From assembly GCA_965649765.1 (NCBI GenBank), contig OZ287752.1, forward strand, positions 42,160,001 through 42,224,000: DNA of 64,000 nucleotides, in the 5' to 3' direction. The DNA is from Bispira polyomma (lineage: Eukaryota). The position numbers and the translations under genes were made by a program. Under the pieces are notes generated by a model. That model searched no databases. It was not told the DNA's origin and saw nothing but the letters and a program-made list of their open reading frames with translations. Positions 24,582 to 36,796 of this stretch are shown here, one piece after another. Position 1 is the first letter of the stretch; every line of letters begins with the position of its first letter.

Positions 24582-27500
24582 ATGTGGTGTTATTCCGTGT
24601 CATGGATTATCTTCGTTCTCAACATAGGATTTGTTTCCACTGAAGGTAAGTCTACGATAAAATGTAATATCAAAACAAAATGACCAGTCAAAGTGTCACA
24701 GTGCCAAAAAAAGTGAAATTAAAAATTTATCATACTCGCTTAAAAAGTTACTGGATCCATATTTAACCAAACTCAGTCCCTACAACGAATTCGATGTTGT
24801 TTCTGGTTTTGTGCTATGCTGGTGACAAATAAGCAAACATACATAGAATAAAATATGACCTCCATGGTTGATATAATTAGTGTAGTTCTATTACAAGTGT
24901 ACTTTTGTTCTTTTTGATATATATTGTGCAAAACATGTGTGTATTTTCCACTTATGGGGGTTTTCAGTGAGACTATGGAATGTTGCAAAACAGTAAAACT
25001 AGTACTATACTTGAGTATATATGGAAAAATATATATGACATTTTCTTAAATTATCAAATTGTGATCCTGGAACAATTCCTTATAAACCATAATACAATGT
25101 ACAGAGATTTTACAGTAAAGTACATTGTATTTACATTAAACTCGGTTTATTTAACTACCTTTATCTGGACAGTGGTCATCTAATCCACTATGTATTATCT
25201 GGCAGTACCTGGGAGCCCAGGTTGTGATCGAACCAAGGTCCTCTGTGTTTCAAGGGAGTGTATTACCCGTAGTGGCAGTATGGGATATGTGACTAAAATA
25301 ATTTTATTATTATTATGTATTTTTAACATGCTTTATTGATGCTAGGCATCTTCTAAAGCGCAACAGCAGAATCATTGATCCAATCATAGAGCCCATGGGC
25401 ATAGCAAAGTTGTAAGGGTACGGGGGTTAACAGCTGGTTGATCAGCAAGCAACCACACCGAGTGTTAACTCACCCCGTAGCATCCGGCAGCAAGAGGCGC
25501 AACTCCCTTTCACGCTTCACATGGTGAAGGGTGCCGTAGCCTAATATTCTTAGTCATACTACCAATTTGTTCAAGTAAAATGACAAAATACTAAAAACAG
25601 TGTCAGTACTACAAGGTCAAAGTCAAACCATACTCAAGTAATGCTTTTGCAAAAGTCCCAGATGACAGATAAAGAGGGCTACCACACGGCTATCATTACT
25701 TGGTGTGTTTGTCATCCGGTTGTAGGTATCCTAGGACAAATAGGGGAAGCTTTCCAGTCAGAAAAATTCAAAGATACAGAAGTCAGGGGAATCTTCCTCT
25801 CCACACATGCTGTATACAACCTCCTAGTTGATGCTGCCATCTATCGGTTCCGGGCCTATGTGTTGTTGGTGCATCCTGTACGGTTCCAAATCTGGAGACC
25901 AGTAAGAAATGGTCTCCAGGAATACAGCTTGGTGGGCCAAGTGAGGCTTCAGCCCAGATATACAGACAAATTTTATAATGTTAGTATAACCTCTGCATTA
26001 ACAAAAAATTTCAAAAATCTTATTTGTAAATTGGCAGAGATTGCATGAATCAGTTTACTTTTCGCCAATATTCTCATTCGGCTTTGAAAAGTTGAGCTTA
26101 CATTGTCAAACCAAATCTGAACATTTTTTAAAATTATTATTACTGTAACTTCTTTATTACTGGCAGCTTTGGAGATTCAGTGAATGCTAAAATTCCATAG
26201 AAGGACCTAAAAAACAGACTTAAGTTTTGTCCTTCAAATATAACTTAAAATACATACCTTGTTAAAACTTACATTGACTATTATTTACTTTTAATGTACA
26301 TGTATAACTAGGTGTCGGTGCCCAGACAAAGTCCAATAATAGTCAAACAAGGGGACATACTGGGCGTATTTAATGAGGAAGAGGGGTGTGCTTTGGCTTA
26401 CCAGTTCCAGCCATCTGGGAAATCTGGATCATGGCATTCAGACAGAGAAGAGGGGGTTACCATTGCAACAGGAGAGAGACGAATGTTTGACTCGATGCTG
26501 CTTCCTTACACGTTTTCTGTAGAAGCCTTTTATGACACTGGTATGGTATTTTTACAGCTATGATGCCTCTATTAAGACAAATATAACAAAAAATGTAAAG
26601 CAAGTTCAATTATTGTGTAAAGTCTAAGTATTTGTTAGTATTCTCCTTACAGAAAAGAATGTATATTTTTGTTTCTATGTATATTCCTCCAAACACATTA
26701 CCGTCCATAATACCAGATGGATCACTATTCATTGAGTTATTTTATTACAAAACAATGGAATGCCAGTTTGGGGATATTAAAGTATATAATTATTTAATTC
26801 ATAATTTGAAGATATCTATGTTAGTTAGATATGTCTGATATTATGAATCCGCACAATGATCGCCATAGTCAAATCAATGTATAATAAACAATCCAGACTG
26901 ATTCACTTTTGCATTCATTCACTTTTCATATGATGCACTGTTTGTTTTTAACTGCCACACACAGTTCTCTCTTGTTAACTTAAAGTCGATATTGTCATAT
27001 ACATCCTTTTTCAGATACATTGAAATATTTGGGACCATTTGAATCAGAATCCACAACAGAGGAGAATGAACTGGAAGGCCAAACAGAGGAAATTCCTGTG
27101 GTATCGGGGAACCTTAACTACACGGGCAACTCTCTGGCTAACAGAGATCAAATTATGTTGAAAGATGCTAGGGCCATGTACCTCTTCCCCGGCATTCGGT
27201 TCACTGATGGTGTGGTGGTGGAATTCCATGCATTCTTCGGAAAGAAACAGCAAGTAGTGTTCCAGATCTGGCGGCAATACAGTGCTGATTCCTATGCACT
27301 TGTAGGCTCATATGTTCATTTGCCTCAGAATGTGCCAGCATATGAAAGGGTGGGTACAAGCAACCTGACTGGTTGTTACATCTTAACTTTAGGGCTTAGT
27401 ACAGTTTTTTTACAAAAATGCCAAAAAGGTACTATCAAATTAACTGAAACCATGAGCCTGTCTGGGATGTATCACTATTATGTTTTCATATTAGCCGAAT

Positions 27501-30500
27501 TTCTAATAATATCCTTAATTTTTGTGTCATATGCATATTCATTTGCAAACACGGCTGTTTGCAACATTTTAATCCTGTTTGTATAGTGCATAATGTTCAG
27601 ACAGAACCTATGTAGTTATACATACATATAGTATAATAACAAGTTATAAAACATGGACAGTATGCATAAATGTGGAATACGGCTAATATCATTGGCCATA
27701 CTTTTTGCTCTTTGTTAGTACTTCTTTGTACAGAACTTTTTCACTTAGAGCCAAACAGTATTTGGCTGCATCAAACTGAATAACAAAATGCTTCCACCCC
27801 TTTTCAAATAACATGACACTAATTTATATTTAATTCAACAGAACTAGAAGCCAATATATCTAAAGTATGTTTTACCCATTTAGATTTTGACAAACACCAT
27901 CAATATACATTCTAATTTGAGATGATTTCTATAACTTCCAGGTTACTCTTTCCCTTGGAAGCTTCATATTTGTCCAGGATAGAGACATTCTTGGAGTAGC
28001 TTTCTTGAGTAATGTGGGTCCCATAGCCTACAGAATGACAGGATTCGAAGGGGACAGTGGGCCACACGTATCCAGCATTGTAAACAACAGACTACCAAGT
28101 ACTGGCGAAATTGTCAAATTTGGGACAACTCATCTCCCTTATGACTTTGCAGTTGGAGCCATTTATGACACTGGTACAGACCTGTACAACTTAACTCTAT
28201 ATATGATCTCAAGTTCACATATCTTTGTACTGAATTAACACTAGCTGTACACCTCGTTTGGAGTCACACATCAATTATATTGTAAACGTTTACCATTACT
28301 CTGCATACTTCAATTTGAAACAAAACAGATTTTGCTTCATGAATGTAGACAATGATAATCAGTACACTTGATCAATATATTACACCTTACCAAAAAATAT
28401 CTGTAGTTTAGCATACATAGTAATAAGTGTGTTACTAAATGCATATATGATCATTTACTTGCAGACACAGATCCTACAAAGTATGGTGAGCCACCTTCAA
28501 GTGTTGTACCCGAATATCCTTCGTCACCCACAGCGGCACCATTCACACCCTTTTCTATTGAGTTACCAAGTGATCATCTCCTGCTGGGTGATACATACCT
28601 GTACAGAGCCCCATCTGTTATGTCAAAAGATGCCCAGAGATCCTTCATTCTATCAGACATAACATTCCCATCTCCTGGACTGGTTGTAGCCTTCCATGCC
28701 TATGTTGTCCAACCAGGAAGGCTCTACTTCCAAATATGGCGTCAGTATAAGAACAGTGGTAAACACTTTGAATTGATTGGCCAGAAAGGAATTAACTTTG
28801 AGGTTTCTGGTGTTGATAACTTTGAGCCAAGGCTGGTGGAAATTATTCTGGAAGACGATGAACAAATTCATGTACTACAAGACGACTTAATAGGTTTTGC
28901 CAATGGTCAGAATACTAGTGTAATTGGCTACCAGTTTACGTCTACATCAACTTTTTCTTCCCCTGTGGGAATCAATGCAGCCATTGGTGAAGTCATTACT
29001 TTTGATGACTTACCACTTCCTTATAAATTTTCACTTGCTGTAACATTTAAAAGAGGTAGGTTTTCTGTGGTGACTTTATTTTGTTATTGGCTCTCATTGA
29101 TACTATTTAATAGTTTTAGGTTTTTTAGTTTATTTGGGTAGTTGGTCTGGTGATCAAAAGATACAGGATTCGACTCCTAGTAGGGCCACAACGGTCCTTC
29201 ATTGATAAGATCCTTAGACAGATGTGAACACACTTTTGCCCACTGGCCCTGATCAATTTGCTATGTACTAAACTAATGACTAATTTCTTTAATGTTAATA
29301 ACATTGCGCATCTATAGGGCATGATAAAATGTAATATACACAAACACAATATATAATCATAGTTGTAAGAACTCATACACTTTTAAATTAACCAAATTTT
29401 TCAAATTATCAAAATCCAGCTAGCATGTAATAAATATAAAAAGGAAAATGTAAAATAAACACAAGCAAATGAAGCAGATTGAGGTTTAAATTTGTATTGA
29501 TTGACTATTTTAAATATTTGAAAGATGAGGTGACAACTCAGTTAAATGGCCTTGAGAGCAGCTCCATTGATGATGTCACTGAGGGCCGCAGTTCCATTGA
29601 TGACGTCACTGAGGGCCCACTTGTAGGGAAACTGGTGGATACAACTGGTAAGTTCACAAGGCAGGCATCTTAAAAGTTATCCAAGGCAGTGGTGTGGTTT
29701 TTAAGCCTCTCACTAGGTGAATCTCAAGACAAGACTGACAGATTCTTGTATTTTGGGATGCCTTGTGCATATTTAGTTATGTATTTATACTACTTAATTA
29801 CGTTTTAATTATATTTTTTATCCTTTCACTTATCCCTTCCTCGTGGTTTAGAAAACAAAAAATATGTACAGTAAACACAATTTTGGTCTCAATGGCCTCA
29901 CGGTTAAAGTGTTCAACTGTGAATCAGGGGGTCCTAGGTTCGATCCTCGCTGCAGGCCTGGAGAATGTACCATTGGGCAAATACTTCAAATAAAGTAGTC
30001 TCTCGCCTCCCAGATGTTGGCTGTTGCTGGGTCTTAGTCTCTGTGTCATATGTGGCAGCATGGCTAGTACGCTCCCTTAGCCTAAGCTTCCTTTCAGCAT
30101 GTTTTCCCTCATTACGCAATACTATTGAGTGCTTCCTTTCAGCATATTTGCATCAGATCCGATCAAACGTCGGTCGACATCTGTTTGGCCAACATATTTT
30201 ATCTGCCAGGGAGAGGAAAAATCGGAAGGACTGTCTGATTTTGACACAAAAATGGCTGCAAAAACACTGTCATGGGTATAGTTTTTATCCTATATATACT
30301 CGATATTCGTTAGATGTTAACTTTAAAAAATGACATGAGAAAGCTTATTTTATTGTGATTACTGTGCTTTTTGCCAACAAAATCCGTTGAGAAACGGCTC
30401 AGACATTTAAGTTTATAGACGGGTACCTCTTTTAACTTCCGCTTCTGCTGTAAAGAATACATGACAGCAATGTCATAATGACGTCAGTTTTGTAGCTACG

Positions 30501-31875
30501 TCGGAAGTAAAAATGGGTACGCTTGTTTAACTCTATATATCTCGGCTGTTTCTTAACGAATTTTGTTGGATAAATCACAGTAATCACAATGAAGTAAGCT
30601 TTCTCATGCCATTTTTAAAGTCAACATCCAACGAGTTGTGAGTGTATATCGGATGAAAGAAAGCACAATGTCGGCCGATGTGAGATAGGATCGGATACCT
30701 TCAAATCGACCGACGTCAAAATGTGCTGAAAGGAAGCGTAGGCTTTGAAAGCTGAGATTCTCAGCCTGAGAGTGAACAATTCGTTGAAAAGTAAAAGTGA
30801 CTTGTCTGGGGGTGTAAACTGTGTACATCGCTTTGAGCTACCAGGAGAAAGCGCTATATAAATTGAAATTTGCATTTAAATTTACATAGATAATTTTTGA
30901 CATCTTGACAAGAAACTTTCACAACTTTACAAATAAACCTATTGTATGAAAATATGGACATCAAAATTATCATTCTAAATTAATGTGTAAATTAAAGCAT
31001 CAACTCAAATAAAAATCATTGTTGCAACTTTAACTGTCTGACATATGTAATTTAAACAGAGTAATCTAAACCATTATTATTATTATGAATTTTTAACACG
31101 CTTTATTGATGCTTGGCATCTTCTAAAGCACAACAGCAGAATCATTGATCCAATGACAACCAGTACTGACATCATCACGTTTTTTAGATATAGCAACTGA
31201 AATCTGATTTGTTTTAACAAGTAAATGTTTCATAAGGTAAGAAGTAAACTAAAAATTATACAATAGAAAATCTATTGTTATAGAAGAATTTATAAAGTGC
31301 CACGTAGATTATCCACCAGAAGCTCTCGGATCATCCCTTGCACAGAGAATAATAAAGACAATGATTTAGGCTACATCTGAAAAATACAAAAACATTTCTT
31401 TGTTCTTTCAGAATCATTTTCGTGGATTATGGATGCCAAGATACTATTTGGTCTGCTGATCTGGTTGATTATACTGACTGTTCTGTTCTTCATGTTGCTG
31501 GCCTGTTTCCTCTGTGGTATCCATAGAAAACCCTCTGTTCAAGATGAAAACAAAAGACCCAGCTTCTTGTATGACTACCAGTCTAAAAACAGTGTGGCCA
31601 GAACTCCCTCGGATTACCTAACCCATAGCCCAAATAAGGAAAATGACGTGTTGAGCTATTTTAATCCTAAGACCGGAAGTCGAAGTGGGCCCGTCATGCG
31701 CAATGACTCGATGAGAGAGCAACTGATAGGAAGTGACGACACAGATGACAACAAGTATGGGGCTTCTGGGAATGTAAACAATAACAACAAGAGGCCTGAG
31801 AGTGTGTACAGTGATTACAGTGACGGCACTGTGACAGTAATCACTCACCATGGGGACCTCCATACCCACATGTAA
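24582..31875 (+). CDS. Gene B: predicted type I membrane receptor-like protein with signal peptide, 3 uncharacterised QIWR domains, acidic stalk, TM and ~118-aa cytoplasmic tail (763 aa)
   Basis: Exons 24582-24645, 25726-25979, 26312-26540, 27015-27349, 27942-28173, 28465-29055, 29525-29647, 31412-31875. Junctions are GT-AG with consistent phases; total 2292 nt open. N-terminus MWCYSVSWIIFVLNIGFVSTEG is signal-like. TM is ILFGLLIWLIILTVLFFMLLACFLC. Confidence 0.85.
25305..25545 (-). mobile_element. 5'-truncated L2-type 3' end with structured UTR and (TAA)n tail
   Basis: The tail matches 15460-15540 and 31074-31154 and ends in aataataataa on the minus strand. Confidence 0.6.
29885..30863 (+). 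mobile_element. tRNA-derived SINE with L2-like tail, split by a MITE insertion
   Basis: A-box tggcctcacgg at 29893 and B-box ggttcgatcc at 29937. The body is interrupted at 30080-30743. Tail cgctttgagc...aaagcgctatataaat. Confidence 0.6.
30080..30743. mobile_element. PIF/Harbinger-like MITE (copy 2, inverted relative to 3457-4154)
   Basis: TIR gcctaagcttcctttcagca ... tgctgaaaggaagcgtaggc, with flanks TTA / TTT. Colinear with the reverse complement of copy 1. Confidence 0.8.
31074..31154 (-). mobile_element. Short L2-type 3' tail insertion
   Basis: Near-identical to 25305-25385. Confidence 0.65.
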
Positions 31876-34800
31876 ACACCAGGAAGGCTGAAACAGTTGG
31901 CTCGGTTTAGTGGTTGGCTAACCTATTGCACTAACCACCATGCAAGTAATCGGTAACACATCGGGGGAAAAGATATCAAACACCAATTTATATGAGCAAT
32001 AACAGCAAACAGCAATACTGGTACACTTGTTTCAGAAACAAATTTTATTGATATTTGAACAAACCAATCAAATAAGTACATGTCATCTGTACTGGTTCCC
32101 CTATCAATCTAACAGTTTACTTCATTCAAAAACATGTTTTGTAATATCTTTATAATATTCATATATTATCTTTCGAAACGTAATTATAAAAAGGGGCCAT
32201 TTTTAAGGTGTTTTTTATTTCAAGTGTGGATAAATTAATTCATTTTGTACTCCATTATATGTACTAGAATGGTTAGCTGATTAACAAAATTTTAAGCTGG
32301 GTAGCGCTTCATTAACATAGTAACCGGTTACTATGCTTAACCGTTTCATCCTTAAAGACTGTGCTGGAAGCAAACCTGCATATCTGAAGGTAGTAATACT
32401 CAATATGGAATATATATATATCAACTCTACTGTATAATGTGGACAAAATTTGTGTAATGTTGATTTTATATGGCAAAAGATGTGACATAAAACAGCAATA
32501 GTCAAGGTGGAATATGCATCTATTACTAATTATATGGCATGGCATAAGAAGAATAGGGTAATGGTTAAATGTATCTGTTGCAAGGATTGCACAAAAGTTT
32601 TGACAAAAGATAGCAATAATCAATGTGGAATACCTATATCTATTTTGTGACTTATGACATCAAAACCACAGTGACAAATGACCAGTTCATTCTATATAAC
32701 ATATGTACATTTATGTATAATCTATAATTCTGGTGTCATTTGAGGACCAGAAATATGACTATTCAGCAGTGTGAGAAGATTTGTGGAGATTGTTAGATCT
32801 TTGATTTGTAACACTGATGGTCTGGGTTCTGAGACCTAACTTTAACTGTTAGATATATTGCCATTCCCGAGCTTTACTTACATATGTGTAACTAACACTG
32901 TATTCTTTGGCAGTACTGAGTTACAATATTTAACAATATGCAAGATTAATATTTTTTTTTAATTTGACAGTGGTTATGAGCAAGCTACCATTTATTGCAC
33001 AATGGAGCTACAATGAAATGTGCTACTTTGTAGTTAGTGTACGGTAATGTCATCTAATAATTTATGTAATTAGCTATAAACGAGAGTGTCATTGTTTAGA
33101 ATTAGCATTCTGTATCTTTACATATTAAATAGTATAAAACATGTGTTCATTCTTTCTCTGTCGATATTACTTATCTCATTTATATCCTATAGATAATTTA
33201 AACACCCGATTTGTTCATTTATTGTGATTTTCAGGCGTCTAATTACTTATAATTCATTTAATAGATTTTGACTTTTCTATGTACAGTTGTAGGGTTAAAA
33301 TGTAAAAGTTTTTAAATGTTTTTAGATATTTTAAAATACCCAACACATAATCAGATAAGTTTGCAAACGTAATATATATTATATACCATATATACCCAAT
33401 AACGTACGCATACGGACTAGCCTGTATGAATTAACCACAAACACATTTTAAGCAAGACAGAAGTAATACTCCAGTGACTGAAAAGAGGTTTAAACTCTAA
33501 GTCAATTAAATATGACCTTGTAAGGTCAAATTGAGCATGCAATGGCACTAAAGAGCTTATAAAGCCACAATCATCCAACATGACAGTGTAAACCAGTGCC
33601 ACATCATTCAACATAAAAACTTTATCAACGAATGGGTAATACCCATAGTAATTCTAAACTCCAAAATTGACCTTCTAAGGCCAAAGTTTAAACATTTTTG
33701 TGTCGCTGAGGTGCAGGAGGTCGAGATCTGCGGCACCTAGTTGCCTAGCAGAGTGTACTGTCTTCCAGGGCTCCTATTCGACCTTGATCCCCTTAATGTA
33801 AACTCAGGAGGTGGGGGTGGGAGACAGGATTTTCCACACAGTGTCTGAGCTCCGGCTATCCATAGCAGACCCAAAAGACCAACTAGCTTAATGGACCATG
33901 TCGTATTTCTTCCTTGTCCTTTAATACATAAGGTCGACTATGGCTTAAAGTTTGAATGTGGATGAAAAGCTTGCAGGTTTACCAAAAATGATTGATGCAG
34001 AAGCAGTTTAGGCACAGCATAACTACATGGCCTATCTTTGGTAATGCAGTATGGTAGAATAAGGATACAGAGGAGTGTTTGAGTACAAAAAGGCTTCTGA
34101 GGAGACCTGTTTATGGGCCTGTTTATGAGACATTGATGGTTGAGATGGAGTTGGAGGACATGGCAGCTTGCATGTACCTTGTACAATTAAACAAGGATGA
34201 GATACCCTGCAACCCACGAAGGACTTATAGATGGCGATGATCAGGATAATTGTATCATTCTAGATGCCGTAATGACAAAAACCTGCAGATGCAGGGTCCG
34301 ATCAGAGCAATGGTTGCCACCAAGCTGCAGCGCGAGTACCTCAAGCAATATTACAATTTGGCGGTGGGATCAGTTCTATTGCAGGCTCAGATGATCAGGT
34401 GATCTGATCACATATCAAACACAACGCTGCCCTTTTCAGGGTCACCCATATATTACAAAAGCATTTATCTGAGCTATTTGTTTGTGAGACCATTCCGATT
34501 ATTGCAACCTAATTTTGACCTATGAAATCGATTCAACATGACCTTGAATAAAATATTTCCACTTCTTTAAAAAGAAAAACCAAATCAAATATTTAATTTT
34601 TTCCCAATTTTTTTTATTTATTTTTTCAACCCTCTTTTTTTAATTATTTTCTTTTTTCAATTCATGCTTTTTTCTTGTAAGTCTTTTATTAGAATTCCTT
34701 TAAAGTTTCATATTTTCTATTCCTATAATTAATTTTCATTTATCAATTCCTTAAAGTTTTTTGTTTTCAACTTTGTCAAAGTTTATGTTCCATGTTTTCG

Positions 34801-36796
34801 GGCACTGGGGGACATTTGAAGGTAAATGTATGGTTAAGATTTTTTTCTTTTTTTTTCTACGTATTTTTAAAATTTCTGTTATATTTCAGTATGTTCCAAA
34901 CATAGGACGTTTTAAGGTCAAGATCAACAACACATATATGACATTTAATTGTGTATTCTTGTAATTTACAGTTGTTTACAATCAATTAATATTTAGCATT
35001 GTTAATAATAACAAAAGAGCAGTCAGTTCATAGGTTTCCAACAGGTAATTACATAAAACAGTCTAAACTAATACAACAGTTCATCAATACTTAAAATGTC
35101 CTAAAATGTTAATAATACGATTAATGCCATTCACCTCTGTTCTGCCTCTGCTGCTGCTGTGGCTGTGTAAACTGTTCGAGCTGTTGGAGGATGAGTCGCA
35201 GTGGTCCTGGCCATCAGTCTCAGTGACAAGCTGTAAATAAATGTTTGTCCTCTGTCACTCAAAGTGATTCCACATGCTGGGATGGATTTCTTTGGTGCCA
35301 GCAGTCGGCTATTGCCCTAAGAGTGCAGAGCAGTCTTGAGGTTCGGGACTGGCAACAGTCGAGTAAGTTGCCAATCTGTTACTGAATCTCCCGGCAATCA
35401 GCAGTCCTTCTCTCTGCTACTATCCTGATCATGGATCCTGCTTCTGAAAGCCCAGGGTTGCTCAGGGAAGTCAGGGGTTGCGGTAGCCACAGCCTGTGGG
35501 GTCGGAGCATGAAAGCATTGGTCACATTCTCAAGTATCCTCCTTCTGACCTTTGAACATTATTTTTTTTTTAGGCATGTTGATAAATGCTGATAAAAATA
35601 TAGTTGAATAGTTTAATATAAAATAAAAAGTGATATGTTAACTCTTCAACAGCCTGCACTTAAATAATGAGAAACTAAAATAATGGCAAACATTTACATC
35701 CAACATGAAGTCGGATTCCCATTGCACAGAGGAAGTAAGGACAACCAATCAGCATAACAACGATCAGTTGGGGATGCTTATAACAATGCAAGCCCCAAGC
35801 AAACATGGCTCGATCAAAGAGATCCCAATGTGAGCACCGCTGCTGTGTAAGATGTATTGTGACAATTTCGTTTAAAATTAAATTGTCACCCTGGCTTATA
35901 TAGAACAATAGTGGCTGCTGCATCCTGAAAAGGAACCCTGTGGAAATCTGAGCGATCCTGCGGAGACCCCTAGCTTACATGTGCATAAATGTAATTATGT
36001 AGCATCGTACCAAGTTCTCATTTCAAAATCCCTGAAGTGGGACCTAGTAGTCACCTTTGATGAACACGATTCAAGTTGGAAATTTAGCCAAGATCAAATT
36101 ATAATATTTAAATCTGGATCTAAGCCTTAAATGTAGGTCTAAAACTATAACATTTCATCAATACCGCTCTGACCAACATCGAAAATGGTCATTCTATCCC
36201 ACATCCTATTGTGTTTTATATTATAAAGCACATTATCAAAGTTATATATGGTTTAACAGATTACATTTGGTCCAGATTGACTTTTGTGGGATATTGCCAT
36301 TTTGTGGTACATTTATCTAGATATGTAGTACATTTAGATGTGTTCAAGGGATTTAAAATTTGATTATTCATATCAGGTACTGCATAAAATATATACATGA
36401 AATATGTACCTATATACATGTAACATCAAATGAATCTTCAATTCCTGCGTCAACCAGACAAAGTATTCCAGGTAATGGTATATAGCAGTATTGAATTTCA
36501 AACATGCAGCACATACAGTGTTGAAGTACCAATCAAACCCATACACAGGTGTTATACCTACAGGAGTTATACAGTTTGATAACAGGCTGTACTTTGAATC
36601 TTGCTTTACAATCAGTAATCCAATAAAGTGGAATTTTTTCCTTGTACATTTTACGTATTATTCATAGACAATGTATAGACAATTATCCACCATACTGACT
36701 ACATATATCCAACACGAAGGACTAGATTTATACATATGCCATTATATGTAATGTGAGCCATTGTGTGACACTTCTACTACCAAAGATATAATCATT

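Noticed and set aside
29885-29960. tRNA gene (also the other tRNA-like heads in the window)
   Set aside because: A and B boxes are present but there is no full cloverleaf, and the heads continue into SINE bodies.
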